Made by a program: the position numbers and the translations under genes. The notes beneath the pieces were generated by a model. It was given only the letters and a program-made list of their open reading frames with translations. It made no database searches and was not told the DNA's origin. From positions 2,584 to 60,675 of the forward strand of contig CAYILT010000001.1 in assembly GCA_964364055.1 (NCBI GenBank): 58,092 nt of DNA. Direction: 5' to 3'. Shown one piece after another: positions 28,996-38,226 of this stretch (position 1 is its first letter; each line of letters begins with the position of its first letter). Source of the stretch: an uncultured Nitrospiraceae bacterium. GTDB taxonomy: Bacteria; Nitrospirota; UBA9217.

Positions 28996-30084
28996 TCAGG
29001 CAACCCGGCTGCTCCCTTCGTTCCAGCGCGCTTCATGAAGGCGCTCCCGCACCATGCGCAGGTAGTCCGCCCGGAATTTCCGCAGCTGATAATCGTGGTA
29101 ATTGCTCTCCTTGAGATCAGCCCATGCCTGCAGCTTGTTCGCTTCGCTCCGTTTCCTGGCTGCAGAGATCATCGCCGGGGTTATGACCACCGAGCGCGTA
29201 GTGAGCTTTTCGTATCCATAGTAGTCCATAAATTCGTCCGCCAGAGTCTCGATGACGGCGATCTCATCGAGGGACAGGGCCTTCTTGAACTTGTCGATGT
29301 TCGCCGGAATGGGGGCCTTGGCATTGGATTCCCACAGGACGGACATGACGGAAATCTTCCGGGCTTCGTGGGAGCGAGAAACGTCGAGCATGGCCGGAAA
29401 ATATTCGATGCCGAAGAACGAACAGATCTTCCTGAGCACGGCCTCCTGGCTGGACACGAAGTCCTCGTAGCGGATGGTCAGGACCCTTTCGGGATAGGTG
29501 TCTGCAAGCTTTTTGCACGCCTCGTAAGCCTTCACCCAGGTCATGGCGTTCAGGAGCGTGTCGAAATCGTGGATGATGGCCTTGTTCATGCTGCTGATCT
29601 GGGCCCGCGGATCGCGCACCACGTTCAGGAACAGCATATCGTCGAAGAGCGACATAAGTTCGCCGGCGTAGTGAACGCTGTCCAGCGATTTGTCCATGAC
29701 GACGCGGGCCCCCCGCTTTGCGCAGGTTTGGAACAGCAGTTCCCAGAGCACCCGGTGCACGCTCCGCGGCCCGTCCTTGATGGCATTGAAGATCTCTTCC
29801 GGCTCGAAGACCACATTAGGCCATTTCACCAAGCTCACGGTCTGCAGACCGACGACGTCGACGATCAACTGAAAATAGGCGCGGTCGTCGCGCAGATCGC
29901 CGTACAGTTCTACAAGGGGCATGAAGTCGACGATATGCAGAGGGTAGGGCGCATAGAACTCGGGATTGAAGTTCAGCCTGAGCCGAAGTGCGTGGCTGCC
30001 GCATCGCCGGAGCGGGATCATGAGTACCGGTCTTGGTCTGTTGCGTGATACGACATCGCTCCGCTGCATTGTGTGGTTCTCCAT
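28996..30084 (-). CDS. PAPS-dependent sulfotransferase family protein
   Basis: 5'-PSB-like IPLRRCGSHALRL and 3'-PB-like FLNVVRDPRAQISS. AAGGAG lies upstream of the MENHT start. Confidence 0.75.
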   Translation of the reverse strand: MENHTMQRSDVVSRNRPRPVLMIPLRRCGSHALRLRLNFNPEFYAPYPLHIVDFMPLVELYGDLRDDRAYFQLIVDVVGLQTVSLVKWPNVVFEPEEIFNAIKDGPRSVHRVLWELLFQTCAKRGARVVMDKSLDSVHYAGELMSLFDDMLFLNVVRDPRAQISSMNKAIIHDFDTLLNAMTWVKAYEACKKLADTYPERVLTIRYEDFVSSQEAVLRKICSFFGIEYFPAMLDVSRSHEARKISVMSVLWESNAKAPIPANIDKFKKALSLDEIAVIETLADEFMDYYGYEKLTTRSVVITPAMISAARKRSEANKLQAWADLKESNYHDYQLRKFRADYLRMVRERLHEARWNEGSSRVA

Positions 30085-30425
30085 GATGAACAGTCTCCTT
30101 ATCATATCATGCTTTTCGAGCATTCCGATGCTCGAAAACGATTGGTACGTTTCTGTTCCATTTGTATTTATGCAAGACGTACGCCAACCAGCGCAGGTGT
30201 GTCTCGGAGTGCAAAGGAATGATGTAATGTGAAATTGTTTGCTCCTAACTGTTATCATAAACGGAGAGCTTTTTTCGGGGGACGGAGCGGAAACGATGAC
30301 AATTCAGCGAAAGATCAAGCTTTTTGTCCCGACCGCCTGACGCGCCTGGCGCAGCGCATGGGTCATGCAGATAATGCGCGCGGTGTTGATGCCGGTATCA
30401 ACGGGAGGCGCTGCACGGCGTCATT

Positions 30426-30473
30426 CATTCTCAAGAATGAGATAAAGGCGGCGAGGCATTCTTATGAATGAGA
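30426..30473. promoter_or_regulatory. Duplicated 17-bp palindromic site in the divergent promoter region
   Basis: cattctcaagaatgaga (30426-30442) and cattcttatgaatgaga (30457-30473) lie 31 bp apart centre to centre. Each has CATTC/GAATG arms. Confidence 0.35.
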
Positions 30474-30630
30474 CAGACGATATTTTATGTTCAGAACAGC
30501 ATGGCGGCATTTCGCCGGAAGTCATTGGCTTACCGATGTATGCAACAACCTGGACGGGTCTGGTATGAATACTGCATTCTTAAGTTTGAGCAAGATTATG
30601 ATTGTCCATACTATTATTTGATGCTTTGTG

Positions 30631-31434
30631 ATGAACGACATACTGAACATGAATAGGAAAGAAACAGAAATGCTTGCGGTCCTCGTGGCGGCGGAGCGGA
30701 AGGCAGGAGCAGCCATCCTGACCGTATACCGTTCTCCGGTGAGCGTGGAACACAAAGCAGACAGGAGCCCGGTGACTGCCGCGGACAGGCTTTCCCACGA
30801 GATCGTGACCGCTGCCCTGAAGCGGAATTATGCCTACCCGGTCCTGAGCGAAGAAGGGAAGAGCGTCGAATATGACGAGCGCAGGCGGTGGGAGACCTTC
30901 TGGCTCGTGGACCCGCTGGATGGGACCAAGGAGTTCATCAACGGGAACGGGGAATTTACGGTGAACGTCGCCCTCATCCGCGGGGGCGTACCGGTCATGG
31001 GCGCCATCTACATGCCGGTAAAGGACCTTCTGTACTATGCGGTCAAAGGGGGCGGTGCGTACAAGATCGAACATGAGCTGACCGTCCGGCTTCCGCTGAG
31101 GACGGAGCGAAAGGACTTTACCGTGGCGGGGAGCCGTTCCCATGCATCCCGGGAGTTCGAGGATTATGTGCGGACACTCCGCGCCCGGCACGAAGACCTC
31201 GCCTTCGTCTCGGCCGGGAGCTCGCTGAAGTTCTGTCTCGTGGCCGAAGGGGCCGCAGACCTGTATCCGCGCCTGGGTACCACCATGGAATGGGACACCG
31301 CTGCGGGCCAGGTGATCGTTGAAGAGGCGGGCGGCAGGGTGGTCGAAGCGGGAAGCGACAGACCGTTGAGATACAACAAGGCTGATTTGCGGAATCCCCA
31401 TTTTATCGCTACAAGGAGCGGATACCATGAATAA
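30631..31434 (+). CDS. cysQ: 3'(2'),5'-bisphosphate nucleotidase CysQ
   Basis: DRSPVTAAD, WLVDPLDGTKEF and WDTAAG inositol-monophosphatase-family motifs. The size and N-terminus resemble CysQ. Confidence 0.85.
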   Translation: MNDILNMNRKETEMLAVLVAAERKAGAAILTVYRSPVSVEHKADRSPVTAADRLSHEIVTAALKRNYAYPVLSEEGKSVEYDERRRWETFWLVDPLDGTKEFINGNGEFTVNVALIRGGVPVMGAIYMPVKDLLYYAVKGGGAYKIEHELTVRLPLRTERKDFTVAGSRSHASREFEDYVRTLRARHEDLAFVSAGSSLKFCLVAEGAADLYPRLGTTMEWDTAAGQVIVEEAGGRVVEAGSDRPLRYNKADLRNPHFIATRSGYHE

Positions 31435-33214
31435 GATACCGGGAACCATGAAGCTCATCACTCCCTACGGCGGCAGGCTCGTGGATCTCCTCGTCCCCGA
31501 TGAGGGGCGCGGCGTCCTGCTCCAGAAGGCGAAACGCCTGCCGTCCATCCAGATATCGTCCCGGTCGGTATGCGACCTGGAGCTGCTGGCCGTGGGGGCG
31601 TTCTCTCCCCTGGACCGGTTCATGGGCGAGAAGGACTATCGGTCCGTGCTCAAGGACATGCGGCTGGCCGATGGCACCCTCTTTCCCCTGCCCCTCACGC
31701 TTCCCGCTGACAATGTTGACGGCCTGGCGATTGGCAAAGAACTGGTCCTGCGAAGCCCCACGAACGAGATGCTGGCCATCATGCGGCTGGACGAGATCTT
31801 CGCGTGGAACCTGGACGAGGAGTCTACGGCAGTGCTGGGGACCACGGATTCGCGCCATCCCCTGGTCTCGGAGATGCATACCTGGGGCCGGTATTATCTC
31901 TCCGGGCCGCTCACCGTGCTGAACCTGCCGCGGCACAACGACTTTCAGGGGCTGCGAAGCGCCCCGGCCGAGGTCCGCGCCGCGCTCGAGGCCATGGGCC
32001 GGGAAAACGTGGTCGCCTACCAGCCCCGGCATCCCATGCACCGGGCCCATGAGACGCTGACCAAGGAGGCGGCCGAGGAAATTGACGGTTCGCTCCTTAT
32101 CCAGCCCGTCGTCGGCGTCACCGGGTACAACGACCTGGACCACTACACGCGCGTGCGGTGCTACGAGACACTGTTCGAGAACTATTACGACCCCGGGCGG
32201 ACGCTGCTGAACCTGGTCCCGCTCGCCGTCCGCATGGCGGGGCCGCGGGCCGGGCTGTGGCACGGCATCATCAACCGGAATTACGGGGCCAACCACTTCA
32301 TCATCGGCCGCGATCCCCACGGTCCGGGGAAGGATTCACAGGGAAAGGACTTCTATGACACCTGCGACGTGCAGCGGCTCTTCCGGAAACACGAAGCCGA
32401 GATCGGCGTGCGCATCATACCGCATAAGGAAATGGTATATGTGCCCCGGGGCAACCGGTACGAGGAATCGGGCCGGATCGTGAACGGAACGGAAGAGTAT
32501 CTCCGCGTATCGGCTACGACCGTGATCGAGGATTCCCTGTTCCGCGGCAAGCGGCTGCCGGAATGGTTCACCTATCCGGAAGTGGCGCAGATCCTGTACG
32601 AGGCCAATCCGCCCCGGACGCGCCAGGGCTTCTGCGTCTGGCTCACCGGACTGCCGAGCTCGGGAAAGTCCACCATCGCCGGCGTCCTCGCACCCCTGCT
32701 CCTGTCGTCGGGCAGGCGGGTGACGGTCCTCGACGGCGACGTGGTTCGGACACACCTCACGAAAGGCCTGGGCTTCAGCAAGGAGGACCGGATCACGAAC
32801 ATCCTGCGCGTCGGCTTCGTGGCGTCCGAGGTGGTCCGGCACGAGGGCGTGGCGATCTGCGCGCTTATCAGCCCTTTTGCTTCCGCCCGGGACCAGGTCC
32901 GTGCCATGGTGGGCGGGGAACGGTTCGTGGAGGTGTTCGTGGACACGCCCGTCGATGTCTGCGAAGTGCGGGACGTGAAGGGAATGTACACTCAGGCAAA
33001 GCGCGGCGAGATCAAGGGTTTCACCGGCGTCGACGACGCCTATGAACCGCCCTGCGCTCCGGAGGTCTGCATCGATACCGTTGCCGCGACGGCCGAGGAG
33101 AGCGCACGGCAGATCATGGAGGTCCTGGTCCGGAAGGGATTCCTGGCCTTCGTGGAAAAGCGTGCGAAGCAGCGGACGCCGCGTACGGGCGCCGCGCAGG
33201 CGGTGAAACATTGA
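31427..33214 (+). CDS. Bifunctional sulfate adenylyltransferase / adenylylsulfate kinase (PAPS synthase)
   Basis: ATP-sulfurylase QPRHPMHRAHE and IIGRDPHGPG blocks. The C-terminal APS kinase has the P-loop GLPSSGKSTIA, plus LDGDVVR and FTGVDDAYEPP. Confidence 0.9.
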   Translation: MNKIPGTMKLITPYGGRLVDLLVPDEGRGVLLQKAKRLPSIQISSRSVCDLELLAVGAFSPLDRFMGEKDYRSVLKDMRLADGTLFPLPLTLPADNVDGLAIGKELVLRSPTNEMLAIMRLDEIFAWNLDEESTAVLGTTDSRHPLVSEMHTWGRYYLSGPLTVLNLPRHNDFQGLRSAPAEVRAALEAMGRENVVAYQPRHPMHRAHETLTKEAAEEIDGSLLIQPVVGVTGYNDLDHYTRVRCYETLFENYYDPGRTLLNLVPLAVRMAGPRAGLWHGIINRNYGANHFIIGRDPHGPGKDSQGKDFYDTCDVQRLFRKHEAEIGVRIIPHKEMVYVPRGNRYEESGRIVNGTEEYLRVSATTVIEDSLFRGKRLPEWFTYPEVAQILYEANPPRTRQGFCVWLTGLPSSGKSTIAGVLAPLLLSSGRRVTVLDGDVVRTHLTKGLGFSKEDRITNILRVGFVASEVVRHEGVAICALISPFASARDQVRAMVGGERFVEVFVDTPVDVCEVRDVKGMYTQAKRGEIKGFTGVDDAYEPPCAPEVCIDTVAATAEESARQIMEVLVRKGFLAFVEKRAKQRTPRTGAAQAVKH

Positions 33215-33949
33215 CGCAGGCCCATGGCAAGGGAGGAACCGTGTCCAGGGATGAGGTTCCCGCAGAAGCGGCAGGAGAGGACGCAGCCGGCCCGGCGTCG
33301 CTGGGCGCGCTGTTCCTCACGTTCCTCAAGATCGGGAGCACCGCCTTTGGCGGGTTCATGGCGCTCATATCGGTCGTGCAGAATTACGCCGTGGAGCGGA
33401 GAAAGCTGCTCAGGCCCGGGGATATGCTGGACGGGATCTCGCTGGCGACGATCCTGCCCTGACCGATCGCCGTGAACGTGGTGGGCCTACGTGGGCTACC
33501 GGGTGCGCGGCGGCATGGGCGCCCCCCTGGTAAGCGCCATCGGCGTGATCCTTCCCTCGTTCCTCCTTCTCGTCATCCTGAGCTTCTTCTATTTCCGCCT
33601 CGGCCAGATACCGGCGGTGGGCAGGTTGTTCCCGGGTTTCATTCCCGCCGTGGCAGCCATCATCCTGGCGGCGGCGTGGAACATGGGGACCAAGGCGATC
33701 ACGGGGGCCCCCGAGGCACTTATCGCCCTTGCGGCGGCGGGCCTCCTGCTCGGCGTCGGCGGGTTCACGGTCACGCTTGGCATCATCGGCATGATCGCCG
33801 CCGCGGGCGTGACGGTCGCGAGAACTGCGCCGTTCACCGGGACCTCGGCGCTGATCTTCGCGGCGGCCCTCGCCGCCCTGCTCCGGTTCAAGATGGAGAC
33901 GGCATGGATCATCCCTGCCGCAGGGATCGCGGGACTTCTCCTGTACTGA
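33211..33949 (+). pseudogene. Short-chain chromate-transporter (CHR) family gene, disrupted
   Basis: LTFLKIGSTAFGGFMALISV...ISLATILP, then TGA (33460-62) where ILPGP is expected. A 1-nt excess near 33480 follows: gtggtgggcctacgtgggc should read VVAYVGY. The rest continues in ORF 33491..33949. Confidence 0.7.
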
Positions 33950-34019
33950 GACGGCTCGTTTGCCGCGGGAGCAAGGACAGAACGTCGCGAACAACGCATA
34001 CTAAGGAGGCACTTCCCTG

Positions 34020-34130
34020 ATGCCCATATTCATGATCGGAACGCAGCGTTCGGGATCGAACCTGCTCCGGCTGATGCTGAACCAGCTGCCCGAGATCGCG
34101 GCACCTCATCCGCCGTCCTTGTTTCCCTGA
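34020..34130 (+). pseudogene. Sulfotransferase N-terminal stub (36 codons)
   Basis: MPIFMIGTQRSGSNLLRLMLNQLPEIAAPHPPSLFP-stop. It has a PAPS-loop-like GTQRSGSNLL and AAGGAGG 8 nt upstream, but no remaining sulfotransferase body downstream. Confidence 0.5.
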
Positions 34131-34220
34131 TACGATCCGGCGCCCTGCCGAAAAAAATCCCCCTGGCGGCCCCGCCGATGTATGATATCCACAGCACCCG
34201 TATCCTGAAGGAGGTTCGCC

Positions 34221-35144
34221 TTGTCTCAATCCAGAACGGTTCGCACGATCATCAAGAGCAAGCCGACGCTTGAAGGCGCTGGAGTGCATCTCAAGCGGGT
34301 ATTCGGCAACAACGAAGTATCGCTGTTCGACCCCTTCCTGCTGCTCGACGATTTCCGCTCCGACGATCCCGCCCACTATATCGCGGGCTTCCCGTGGCAC
34401 CCGCATCGCGGGATAGAGACGATCACGTATGTCCTCAAGGGAGACGTGGAGCACGGCGACAGCATGGGGAACAAGGGCGTCATTTCGTCCGGAGATACGC
34501 AGTGGATGACCGCGGGAAGCGGCATCATCCACCAGGAAATGCCGCAGGGCGACCCGGAGGGACGAATGGAGGGTTTCCAGCTCTGGGCCAATCTTCCCCG
34601 GTCCCACAAGATGATGGACCCTCGCTACCGGGACGTGAAGCGGTCGCAGGTCCCCGAGGTCAGGACGGAAAGCGGCGCGACGATAAAGGTCATCTGCGGC
34701 AGGGTGGGGAAGCACCAGGGGCCGGTCCGGGACATCGTCATCGACCCTGAATATTTTGACGTGACCGTGCCTGCGGGAGCGGAGTTTGTTCACCCGACCA
34801 AGCGGGGTCATACGGTATTCGCCTATGTCATCGAAGGCAAGGGTCGCTTCGACACGAGCTCGGATGCTTTCATCGGCAACGGGACCCTTGCGCTGTTCGC
34901 CGACGGCGACACGGTAGCGGTCACTGCGAAAAACGAACCGGTGGAGCCCCTCCAGCATCCCGACATGTCGGGACTTGATAACGCGACATCCCGCAGCAGC
35001 GGGGTGCGTTTTCTGCTCATTTCGGGCAAGCCCATCGGTGAGCCCGTTGCCTGGTCCGGGCCGATCGTGATGAATACTGAAGAAGAGCTGGAGGAGGCCT
35101 TCGAGGAGCACCGGAATGGCACATTTATCAAAGACAAGCAATGA
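34221..35144 (+). CDS. Pirin family protein
   Basis: FPWHPHRGIETITYVLKGDVEHGDSMGN and MTAGSGIIHQEMP cupin metal-site blocks. TTG start with GAAGGAGG upstream. Confidence 0.9.
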   Translation: MSQSRTVRTIIKSKPTLEGAGVHLKRVFGNNEVSLFDPFLLLDDFRSDDPAHYIAGFPWHPHRGIETITYVLKGDVEHGDSMGNKGVISSGDTQWMTAGSGIIHQEMPQGDPEGRMEGFQLWANLPRSHKMMDPRYRDVKRSQVPEVRTESGATIKVICGRVGKHQGPVRDIVIDPEYFDVTVPAGAEFVHPTKRGHTVFAYVIEGKGRFDTSSDAFIGNGTLALFADGDTVAVTAKNEPVEPLQHPDMSGLDNATSRSSGVRFLLISGKPIGEPVAWSGPIVMNTEEELEEAFEEHRNGTFIKDKQ

Positions 35145-35212
35145 TCTAAAAGGCAAGGCATTTACCGCTGGGGACGCAGAGGAAAACACTTCAATACGAG
35201 GAGGAGCGCCGC

Positions 35213-35719
35213 ATGGGATTCAAAGAAACAAAGCCTGAGCTGCTGACCGATAATCCGTTCAAACTTATCGGATCGGACTGGATGCTCATCACCGCGGGAA
35301 CGCCGGAGTCGTTCAACACCATGACCGCGAGCTGGGGCGGGCTGGGCATCCTGTGGGAACGGAAGGTGGCCGCCTGCTTCATAAGGCCCACCCGGTTTAC
35401 CTTCGAGTTTGCCGAGAGGTCGCCGTATTTCACACTTTCCTTCTTCGAGGAGCAGTACCGCAAGGCGCTGACCTACTGCGGGACCCATTCCGGCAGGAAT
35501 ACGGACAAGGTCAAGGAAGCGGGCCTCACGCCCGTGAAGGAGGACGGCTTTGTCTATTTTGAAGAGGCCAGGCTGGTGCTGGCCTGCAGAAAGCTCTACT
35601 ATCAGAATATCGTCCCCGAACGGTTCCTTGATCCTAAGATCGAGAGCATGTACCCCCAGAAGGACTACCACCGGATGTACATCGGCGAGATCGTGAAGTG
35701 CCTGGTGCAGGCAGTGTAA
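35213..35719 (+). CDS. Flavin reductase-like (FMN-binding split-barrel) protein
   Basis: NPFKLIGSDWMLITAG...FNTMTASWGGLG pattern typical of this family. Confidence 0.7.
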   Translation: MGFKETKPELLTDNPFKLIGSDWMLITAGTPESFNTMTASWGGLGILWERKVAACFIRPTRFTFEFAERSPYFTLSFFEEQYRKALTYCGTHSGRNTDKVKEAGLTPVKEDGFVYFEEARLVLACRKLYYQNIVPERFLDPKIESMYPQKDYHRMYIGEIVKCLVQAV

Positions 35720-35737
35720 CGGGGGGGCCGAATTGTC

Positions 35738-36139
35738 ATGGGCAAGGGTTGGCTGAAGGACAAGAGAAGGGTTATCGAGCTTGCCGCCACGCTGGTCCTT
35801 GCAGGCGTCATTGTGTGGCAGTACGGCAGTCTCGCGCCCCGGGTCATCATTGTCCTGTCCTTCCTGCTGAGCCTTGCCGTGGCTTTCGTCCAGCTGCCGT
35901 TCCTGGCCGGCTTTTACGGCCGCCGCCGCTTCAGGCCTGCGCTGGTCGTCCTCATCGTTGTCCTGCCGTTCCTCATATCGCTGGGATACGAATTCGCATA
36001 CCACAAGGACCTGCTGAAGCTTTTCACCGAGGAGTGGCTGGGTGAGGACCAGGCGGCAGCATCGGTCATCATGGTCATCGCACTGCCGGTCCTGTCGTTC
36101 CTGGCCGGGTCCTTGAGCAGAAAATACCGGCGGAATTAG
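35738..36139 (+). CDS. Hypothetical membrane protein
   Basis: Three to four hydrophobic segments. I recognise no motif. Confidence 0.55.
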   Translation: MGKGWLKDKRRVIELAATLVLAGVIVWQYGSLAPRVIIVLSFLLSLAVAFVQLPFLAGFYGRRRFRPALVVLIVVLPFLISLGYEFAYHKDLLKLFTEEWLGEDQAAASVIMVIALPVLSFLAGSLSRKYRRN

Positions 36140-36170
36140 CCGGCGTGAACACCGGCGGAGGGAAAGAACC

Positions 36171-36533
36171 ATGCCGAGTTTTATCAAGGCAGCGACCATC
36201 ATCCAGGCGGCGGGGAACAAGCCGAAGATCATCGAAGAGTATATCGGCCGGGTGAACTCGAACACAGCGGACGTGAGCATCGCCCGCATGAAGAGCCCTT
36301 CCGGCTGGGCCGAGCCGGGCCAGACGCCGGAGTTCGACGAGTACACAGTGGTGTTCAAGGGCATGCTCCGGGTCGAAACGCGGGAGGGAGCTTTCGACGT
36401 GTGCGCGGGGCAGGCGATCATTACGCGCCGGGGAGAATGGGTCCGGTACGCTTCGCCTGGTCTTGACGGAGCGGAATATGTCGCGGTTTGCCTGCCGGCG
36501 TTCTCGCCGGAGACCGTGCACCGGGACGGATAG
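36171..36533 (+). CDS. Cupin-domain protein
   Basis: 120 aa with small beta-barrel-like composition (VVFKGMLRVETREGAFDVCAGQAII). The assignment is weak. Confidence 0.55.
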   Translation: MPSFIKAATIIQAAGNKPKIIEEYIGRVNSNTADVSIARMKSPSGWAEPGQTPEFDEYTVVFKGMLRVETREGAFDVCAGQAIITRRGEWVRYASPGLDGAEYVAVCLPAFSPETVHRDG

Positions 36534-36655
36534 CCCCCTCCTTGCCGCAGATACCAATAAAAATAACCTTGACAAGATATAATAGTTAAACTATAATGCT
36601 CCTGTGTGCGGAAAGCGCACATGCTTGTCCCACTTTAGAAAAGGAGGCTCGGACA

Positions 36656-37249
36656 ATGATACAAGTGATAAAGAAGATGATATGTTCAACAGTTCTTGCG
36701 GTAGGTATTTTGGTTCTGTTCTCGGGGAGCGCAGTGGCAGAGGGGGTGCTCAAATTGGGGTTTGATTCCGCCGGGCAAATGGAAGTGACGGGCAGCGGGA
36801 CCACCCAGAGCAAGACCTATGACGCGAATAGCGGCGTGTCCCTGGCGTTCGAGGGTCATGGCGCGTTCGGCACTAACGTTGATTTCGGCGGGGGCATTGA
36901 GTTTCAGTCGTACCGCGAACTGACCAAGTTCCCCGGCGGCGGGTCGTTTCAGTTCGTGCCGATCTACCTGCTGATGCGGCTGCATCCCGAGATGAGCGAT
37001 ATAACTCCCTATCTGGCGATGCAGCTCGGATTTTCCATCTTCAATGCCGACACCAAGTTCACCGGCAATGGATTCTTTACGACCACGCCGGGCGGTCATT
37101 TCGGTCTCGGAGTCGGCGTCATCCTGGACAAGAACTTCCTGATGGAGATCATGTCGACGGTCGACACCGGCGGTTTGCAGCATAACAACGTGCAGGTGCT
37201 CGACGTGACCTATTCCAAGGTGACCCTGGGTATCGGGCTCTATTTCTGA
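36656..37249 (+). CDS. Small outer-membrane beta-barrel protein
   Basis: Signal peptide ending AVAEG, AAGGAGG upstream, alternating hydrophobic pattern and C-terminal LGIGLYF. Confidence 0.65.
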   Translation: MIQVIKKMICSTVLAVGILVLFSGSAVAEGVLKLGFDSAGQMEVTGSGTTQSKTYDANSGVSLAFEGHGAFGTNVDFGGGIEFQSYRELTKFPGGGSFQFVPIYLLMRLHPEMSDITPYLAMQLGFSIFNADTKFTGNGFFTTTPGGHFGLGVGVILDKNFLMEIMSTVDTGGLQHNNVQVLDVTYSKVTLGIGLYF

Positions 37250-37310
37250 TCTTACTGGCTTTCACATCCGGCCGTCCGGCCGCCGATCCGCTGTCTGCTC
37301 TGAATAAAAA

Positions 37311-37351
37311 AGCGCCCCAGGGACCTGATCCCGGGGCGCTCTTTCTTTTTT
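37311..37351. terminator. Bidirectional rho-independent terminator
   Basis: agcgcccc...ggggcgct hairpin flanked by an upstream A-run and a downstream T-run, between convergent genes. Confidence 0.7.
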
Positions 37352-37402
37352 CGCTTGCTCGCTCCCTGACCGCCGTCGTCCAGGGACCGGGAACCGATCG
37401 GT

Positions 37403-37633
37403 TCAGCTCCGCTCCCGCAGCGCGTGGAGACGGTTGTGCAGGCTGTTCATCATCGTGTCCTTGCTGCATCCCCCGCAGGCAAAATCCTTTTTCCCCTTGA
37501 GTTCTCTGCGCCTCAGCAGGCAGGGGGTCCGGGTGATCATGTCGTCGAAGAGCTTGCAGTAATAGCGATACTCCTGGGCGACGTTTTTATGGGCGCTGGC
37601 CAGTGTGTCCCTTTTGTCGATAAGCTCCGTCAT
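37403..37633 (-). CDS. Hypothetical protein (76 aa)
   Basis: GGAGGAG lies upstream of MTELID. The longer track ORF runs through AT-rich probable non-coding sequence. Confidence 0.4.
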   Translation of the reverse strand: MTELIDKRDTLASAHKNVAQEYRYYCKLFDDMITRTPCLLRRRELKGKKDFACGGCSKDTMMNSLHNRLHALRERS

Positions 37634-38009
37634 GCTCTCCTCCCCGCTATTGTTTTGCTCCAGAAAATGCAACAATGATAAACTGTTTATGACCAAAATT
37701 ATCGTTGAAATGCAGCTTAATGGCAATCCCCCTGCCGGGGTATTTTTCGGGTATGCGGCGAGAATGCGGCATTCACGATAGACCTTCTGTCGGCACGGCA
37801 CCCTGAGCGATCAGACAGGACGGCGCGGTCCCGGATAACGATGAAATGCATTTGGACACGGAAAAACTAAAGCAGGACAAGTCTTAGACAGGATAACAGG
37901 ATTGACAGGATTTTAACAAAGCTTTTATCCGGTTTATCCTGTAATGGTTCGACAAGCTCACCATCATGAGCCCGTCGAATGATCCTGTCAAAATAATTCT
38001 TTGATGCAT

Positions 38010-38139
38010 TCGTAAAAAGTCCGAAAAGGTGTCTTTGCGAGCGAAGCGAAGCAATCTCGCAGTTTGTAACTGATTGAAAAAGCGAGATTGCCGCGTCGCT
38101 CCGCTCCTCGCAATGACAGCACTGGGGACTTTTTACGAG
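38010..38139. repeat. MITE copy (ctcgtaaaaagtc TIR family, different core)
   Basis: tcgtaaaaagtc ... gactttttacga ends. The core gcgagcgaagcgaagcaatctcgc / gcgagattgccgcgtcgctccgctcctcgcaatgac is related to 18310-18410 in the opposite orientation. Confidence 0.6.
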
Positions 38140-38226
38140 ATAATCATTCTTTGGTTTCGGCTTGTCCGGGTTGGGTATGATATGATAAAACAGAACGCAT
38201 AGAATACTCTGGCGGGGGGGCGAACA

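Noticed and set aside
33460-33462. TGA sits exactly where a conserved Gly is expected in the CHR transporter, hinting at TGA-to-Gly recoding.
   Set aside because: Many well-supported genes in this window terminate at TGA, for example the tri-domain gene, the ABC ATPase and the Sat-CysC fusion. The genome is GC-rich, and a frameshift lies 20 nt away. A GGA-to-TGA point lesion in a decaying gene is the simpler reading.
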